The position numbers were made by a program, and so were the translations under genes. Shown here piece after piece: positions 59,732 through 64,000 of a stretch of DNA of 64,000 bases. Position 1 is the stretch's first letter. Every line of letters starts with the position of its first letter. The notes beneath the pieces were generated by a model. It was given only the letters and a program-made list of their open reading frames with translations, was not told the DNA's origin and made no database searches. Source of the DNA: Candidatus Latescibacterota bacterium (GTDB lineage Bacteria > Latescibacterota > UBA2968 > UBA8231); NCBI GenBank assembly GCA_965219385.1, contig CBDCNM010000001.1, positions 236,631-300,630 of the forward strand, read 5' to 3'.

Positions 59732-59777
59732 CCCGACACCGGCCCCATCCGTCCCTCTTTTGCGAAAGGCCCCCACC

Positions 59778-59879
59778 ATGAAAACCCAACTCACGCTCCT
59801 CCTGGCCCTGCTGGTCCCCCTCCCCGCCCTCGGCATCGGCTACGTCTACACCGGCGTGGGCGATCTGGCCCCCGCCTAG
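59778..59879 (+). CDS. 33-aa signal-peptide-like micro-ORF (copy 1)
   Basis: MKTQLTLLLALLVPLPALGIGYVYTGVGDLAPA*, GAAAGG upstream; frame and stop kept in the second copy. Confidence 0.4.
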   Translation: MKTQLTLLLALLVPLPALGIGYVYTGVGDLAPA

Positions 59880-60037
59880 CCCCAGCAGCCGAACATAGCC
59901 CCAATGGGCGCGCCGGGTTTGATTTTGGTGCCCAGATAGTATATTTGATCTATGATGGAGGGGGATAGCAACAAAGACTTTGAGCGCGTTTCCAGGTTAA
60001 GAGCCGAGGACTGGGCCATCGAATAAGGAGCCTCATC

Positions 60038-61603
60038 ATGCACCTGTCCATCCTTCGATCCGGAGTCCTCCTAACCCTGGCGGCGCTTGGGGTTGCGGCG
60101 GCAACGGCTCAACCCGAGTTCCCCTTTGCCGTCGGCGTCGATAGCACCGGCTGGGCGCAGGCGCAGAGCAATGCCGAAGGCCAAGTGATTTTCGAGTTGC
60201 CGGAGTATCCCCGCGGCCTGTGGCTGGACCTCGTGGATGAAGCGGGGGATGCCCTCGCCGGCCTTCAGGTCGAATACCAGGGCCGGCCCAACGGCTTGGT
60301 GGCCCTGCGCTGCGTCGATCCGGCCGGTCTGTGGCGGGAGACGCTGCTCTGGACCCGGCCCTCGGGCGATCCCATCCGCTTGACCCTAAGGCCGAGAGAA
60401 ACTGCCGACCTGTCGGCGGGGCTGGTTCCCATTGATTGGCAGATCGACCCTGCCGCAGAAGTGCTGCTGGAGTCGACGGAAGCGACCCGGCTGATAGGCT
60501 GGCAGGCAGTTTCGGCTTTTCTGCGAGGGCGCTGGCAGGGCCAGGCCGGACGAGGCGCCGTCCAACTTGATGGAGAAATCTCCTTCGCGGTTGAGATGGA
60601 TCATCCGGATGCCGTGGAAATGCTGATGGCTTACCTGCAACAGTTGCATCAGTCAGCAGGAGCCTCGCTTGGAGAAACCACCCCCCTCAAAGTACAGGTA
60701 TTTGAAGGGAGTCTTGCTCTCCGAGAAGGCGTGATCCTCTATACCTTTTCCTTTGAGGACTCCAACCTGGAGACGATGGTGCGGCGGGCCTTGGGCCGCC
60801 CACATGGCCCTATTACCCGGCAGGAAGTCACTTCCCTGACCGAAATCCAGGCCTACCATAGTACCATTCATAGTTTGGTGGGCCTCGAGCACTTTGCGGC
60901 CCTGGAATGGCTGGATCTGTACATCAACCAGATTGCCGACGTGAGTCCCCTGGCCCCCCTGACCAACCTGAAATCGCTGTATCTGGGCAACAACCAGATT
61001 GCCGACGTGGAGCCGCTGGCCCCCCTGACCAACCTGTACAAGCTGGATCTGTACATCAACCAGATTGCCGACGTGAGTCCCCTGGCCGCCCTGACCAACC
61101 TGAAATCGCTGCATCTGGGCAACAACCAAATTGCCGACGTGGAGCCGCTGACCGCCCTGACCAACCTGAAATCGCTGTATCTGTACAACAACCAGATTGC
61201 CGACGTGAGTCCCCTGGCCCCCCTGACCAACCTGGAATGGCTGCATCTGTACATCAACCAGATTGCCGGCGTGGAGCCCCTGGCCCCCCTGACCAACCTG
61301 AAATCGCTGTATCTGTACAACAACCAGATTGCCGACGTGAGTCCCCTGGCCCCCCTGACCAACCTGAAATCGCTGCATCTGGGCAACAACCAGATTGCCG
61401 ACGTGAGTCCCCTGGCCGCCCTGACCAACCTGGAATGGCTGGCTCTGTACAACAACCAGATTGCCGATGTGAGTCCCCTAATCGCCAACACCGGCCTCGG
61501 TGAGGGCGATGTCGTAGACCTGATCGGCAATCCCCTCAGCGACCAGGCCCTTACCGAACAGATCCCCGCCCTAAAAGCAAGGGGTGTCCTCGTCTACTAC
61601 TAA
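60038..61603 (+). CDS. Secreted internalin-like LRR protein, copy 2 (9 regular LRRs)
   Basis: First 35 aa identical to copy 1; exactly 44 aa (two repeats) longer. Confidence 0.92.
   Translation: MHLSILRSGVLLTLAALGVAAATAQPEFPFAVGVDSTGWAQAQSNAEGQVIFELPEYPRGLWLDLVDEAGDALAGLQVEYQGRPNGLVALRCVDPAGLWRETLLWTRPSGDPIRLTLRPRETADLSAGLVPIDWQIDPAAEVLLESTEATRLIGWQAVSAFLRGRWQGQAGRGAVQLDGEISFAVEMDHPDAVEMLMAYLQQLHQSAGASLGETTPLKVQVFEGSLALREGVILYTFSFEDSNLETMVRRALGRPHGPITRQEVTSLTEIQAYHSTIHSLVGLEHFAALEWLDLYINQIADVSPLAPLTNLKSLYLGNNQIADVEPLAPLTNLYKLDLYINQIADVSPLAALTNLKSLHLGNNQIADVEPLTALTNLKSLYLYNNQIADVSPLAPLTNLEWLHLYINQIAGVEPLAPLTNLKSLYLYNNQIADVSPLAPLTNLKSLHLGNNQIADVSPLAALTNLEWLALYNNQIADVSPLIANTGLGEGDVVDLIGNPLSDQALTEQIPALKARGVLVYY
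60902..61495 (+). repeat. 66-bp tandem LRR repeat array (9 units)
   Basis: Direct reading. Confidence 0.92.
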
Positions 61604-61650
61604 ACCCGACACCGCCCCCATCCGCCCCTCTTCTGCGAAAGGACCCCGCC

Positions 61651-61752
61651 ATGAAAACTCACTTCACCCTTCTCCTGACCCTGCTGGTCCCCCTCCCCAC
61701 CCTCGGCATCGGCTACGTCTACACCGGCGTGGGCGATCTGGTCCCCGCCTAG
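61651..61752 (+). CDS. 33-aa signal-peptide-like micro-ORF (copy 2)
   Basis: MKTHFTLLLTLLVPLPTLGIGYVYTGVGDLVPA*, GAAAGGA upstream. Confidence 0.4.
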   Translation: MKTHFTLLLTLLVPLPTLGIGYVYTGVGDLVPA

Positions 61753-61910
61753 CCCCCGCAGCCGAACATAGCCCCAATGGGCGCGCCGGGTTTGATTTTG
61801 GTGCCCAGATAGTATATTTGATCTATGATGGAGAGGGATAGCAACAAAGAATTTGAGCGCGTTTCCAGGTTAAGAGCCGAGGACTGGGCCATCGAATAAG
61901 GAGCCTCATC

Positions 61911-63977
61911 ATGCACCTGTCCATCCTTCGATCCGGAGTCCTCCTAACCCTGGCGGCGCTTGGGGTTGCGGCGGCAACGGCTCAGCCCGAGTTCCCCTTT
62001 GCCGTCGGCGTCGACCGCACCGGCTGGGCGCAGGCGCAGAGCAATGCCGAAGGCCGCGTGATGATCGAGTCCCCGGAGTATCCCCGCGGCCTGTGGCTGG
62101 ACCTCGTGGATGAAGCGGGGGATGCCCTCGCCGGCGTCCAGGTCAACTACCAGGGCCGGCCCGACAGCCTGGTGGCCCTGCGTTGCGTCAATCCGGCCGG
62201 TCTGCGGCGGGAGACCCTACTCTGGACCCGGCCCTCGGGCGACCCCCTGCGCCTGACGCTGAGGCCCAGGGAACCCGCCGACCTGCCGGCGGGGCTGGTC
62301 CCCATTGACTGGCAGATTGACCCGGCCGCTGGAGTGCTGCTGGAGCCGGTGGAGGAAACCCGGCTGAGCGGTTGGGAGGCGGTGGCGGCCTTTATGCAGG
62401 AGCGCTGGCAGGGGCGGACCGGTCGAGTGGCGGTGCAGATCGATTCCAGTACCGCTGTGGCGGTTGATCTGGACCACCCGGAGCCTGTAGAGATGCTAGT
62501 CGATTACCTCCAAGACCAAGCGAGGACCTCACTGGGAGGAATCAACGCTTCTACAGATATCCACGCTTCCACAGTACAGGTACTCCTGAATGCACAGGCA
62601 TTCAAGAGCGACCTTGCTTTACTGGAAGGCGTGACGATCCTCTCCACTTCTTTCATCTTGTTGTTCGAGGACTCGAAGCTGGAGAAGAGGGTATTGAGGG
62701 CTTTGAGCCGACGGGAGGGCCCTATCACCGTGCAGGAAGCCGTTTCCCTGGCCTATCTCAAGGCCATTAGTAGTGACATTCATAGTTTGGTGGGCCTCGA
62801 ACACTTTATGGCCCTGGAACGGCTGGATCTGTGGGACAACCAGCTTGCCGATCTAACCCCGCTGGCTCACCTGACCAACTTGGAATGGCTGATTCTGTTC
62901 AACAACCAGCTTGCCGATCTAACCCCGCTGGCTCACCTGACCAACCTGAAAGAGCTGATTCTGGGCAACAACCAGATTGCCGACGTGGGTCCCCTGGCCC
63001 CCCTGACCAACTTGGAATGGCTGGCTCTGTACAACAACCAGATTGCCGATCTAACCCCGCTGGCTCACCTGACCAACCTGAAATCGCTGATTCTGGGCAA
63101 CAACCAGATTGCCGACGTGGGTCCCCTGGCCCCCCTGACCAACCTGCAACGGCTGGCTCTGTACAACAACCAGATTGCCGATCTAACCCCGCTGGCTCAC
63201 CTGACCAACCTGAAATCGCTGGATCTGTGGGACAACCAGCTTGCCGATCTAACCCCGCTGGCTCACCTGACCAACCTGCAACGGCTGGAGCTGAATTACA
63301 ACCAGATTGCCGATCTAACCCCGCTGGCTCACCTGACCAACCTGAAATCGCTGATTCTGGGCAACAACCAGCTTGCCGATCTAACCCCGCTGGCTCACCT
63401 GACCAACCTGCAACGGCTGGAGCTGAATTACAACCAGATTGCCGATCTAACCCCGCTGGCTCACCTGACCAACCTGAAATCGCTGATTCTGGGCAACAAC
63501 CAGATTGCCGACGTGGGTCCCCTGGCCCCCCTGACCAACCTGCAACGGCTGGCTCTGTACAACAACCAGATTGCCGATCTAACCCCGCTGGCTCACCTGA
63601 CCAACTTGAAATCGCTGTATCTGGACAACAACCAGATTGCCGACGTGGGTCCCCTGGCCCCCCTGACCAACCTGCAACGGCTGGCTCTGGACAACAACCA
63701 GATTGCCGACGTGGGTCCCCTGGCCCCCCTGACCAACCTGCAACGGCTGGATCTGGACAACAACCAGATTGAGGATTTGAGTCCCCTGGCCCCCCTGACC
63801 AACCTGGGAGAGCTGTACTTGGAGGGCAACCACATTGAGGATTTGAGTCCCCTAATCGCCAACACCGGCCTCGGTGAGGGCGATTATGTATCCTTGAGCA
63901 GCAACCCCCTCAGCGACCAGGCCCTCAACGAACAGATCCCCGCCCTCGAAGCAAGGGGCGTCAAAGTGTACTACTAA
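61911..63977 (+). CDS. Secreted internalin-like LRR protein, copy 3 (16 regular LRRs)
   Basis: Same leader, N-terminal domain and C-cap as copies 1 and 2. Confidence 0.92.
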   Translation: MHLSILRSGVLLTLAALGVAAATAQPEFPFAVGVDRTGWAQAQSNAEGRVMIESPEYPRGLWLDLVDEAGDALAGVQVNYQGRPDSLVALRCVNPAGLRRETLLWTRPSGDPLRLTLRPREPADLPAGLVPIDWQIDPAAGVLLEPVEETRLSGWEAVAAFMQERWQGRTGRVAVQIDSSTAVAVDLDHPEPVEMLVDYLQDQARTSLGGINASTDIHASTVQVLLNAQAFKSDLALLEGVTILSTSFILLFEDSKLEKRVLRALSRREGPITVQEAVSLAYLKAISSDIHSLVGLEHFMALERLDLWDNQLADLTPLAHLTNLEWLILFNNQLADLTPLAHLTNLKELILGNNQIADVGPLAPLTNLEWLALYNNQIADLTPLAHLTNLKSLILGNNQIADVGPLAPLTNLQRLALYNNQIADLTPLAHLTNLKSLDLWDNQLADLTPLAHLTNLQRLELNYNQIADLTPLAHLTNLKSLILGNNQLADLTPLAHLTNLQRLELNYNQIADLTPLAHLTNLKSLILGNNQIADVGPLAPLTNLQRLALYNNQIADLTPLAHLTNLKSLYLDNNQIADVGPLAPLTNLQRLALDNNQIADVGPLAPLTNLQRLDLDNNQIEDLSPLAPLTNLGELYLEGNHIEDLSPLIANTGLGEGDYVSLSSNPLSDQALNEQIPALEARGVKVYY
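62814..63869 (+). repeat. 66-bp tandem LRR repeat array (16 units)
   Basis: Direct reading. Confidence 0.92.
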
Positions 63978-64000
63978 ACCCGACACCGCCCTCCTCCGTC

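Noticed and set aside
59162..63869. LRR variation as a diversity-generating retroelement target
   Set aside because: Many variable codons fit NNC/NNT patterns, but exceptions occur (TGG, GAG, AAT at the same positions), variation is block-wise, and no reverse transcriptase or template repeat is visible in the window.

Overview
GC-rich bacterial window with four parts. (1) 1-4055, housekeeping: a truncated mgtE, a C4 zinc-ribbon/coiled-coil gene, rnpB (RNase P RNA), an LPP20-like exported protein, pyrF and tRNA-Pro(TGG). (2) About 4056-28920, a defence/accessory island directly downstream of the tRNA. It holds two copies of an AAA-ATPase/PD-(D/E)XK gene bracketing a frameshifted HTH-SNF2-DUF3883 helicase, then a mosaic of small cassettes (clan AA aspartic proteases, a zeta-like ATPase, a DUF3644/HEPN-like gene) joined by repeated gene-end fragments. 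IS630 and IS1182-like elements and a truncated WD40/FlgD-Ig gene follow. It ends with a type I R-M locus, hsdM-[AAA_21+DUF4276]-hsdS-[fic]-hsdR, whose HsdR carries a C-terminal Schlafen/AlbA_2 domain. (3) About 28960-57900, a catabolic block: glycoside-hydrolase-like TIM barrels, PhyH dioxygenases, Gfo/Idh/MocA oxidoreductases, an enolase-superfamily pair, UxuA-like dehydratase, gluconolactonase, SSS and SulP transporters, mtnP, an acyl-CoA synthetase and a DUF455/ATP-grasp fusion. (4) 58080-64000, three tandem secreted internalin-like LRR genes with 7, 9 and 16 near-identical 66-bp repeats whose variable residues look combinatorially shuffled. The gene content resembles Latescibacterota/Poribacteria-like sponge-associated bacteria (inference only). 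All family assignments come from motif recognition by eye; no searches were run.
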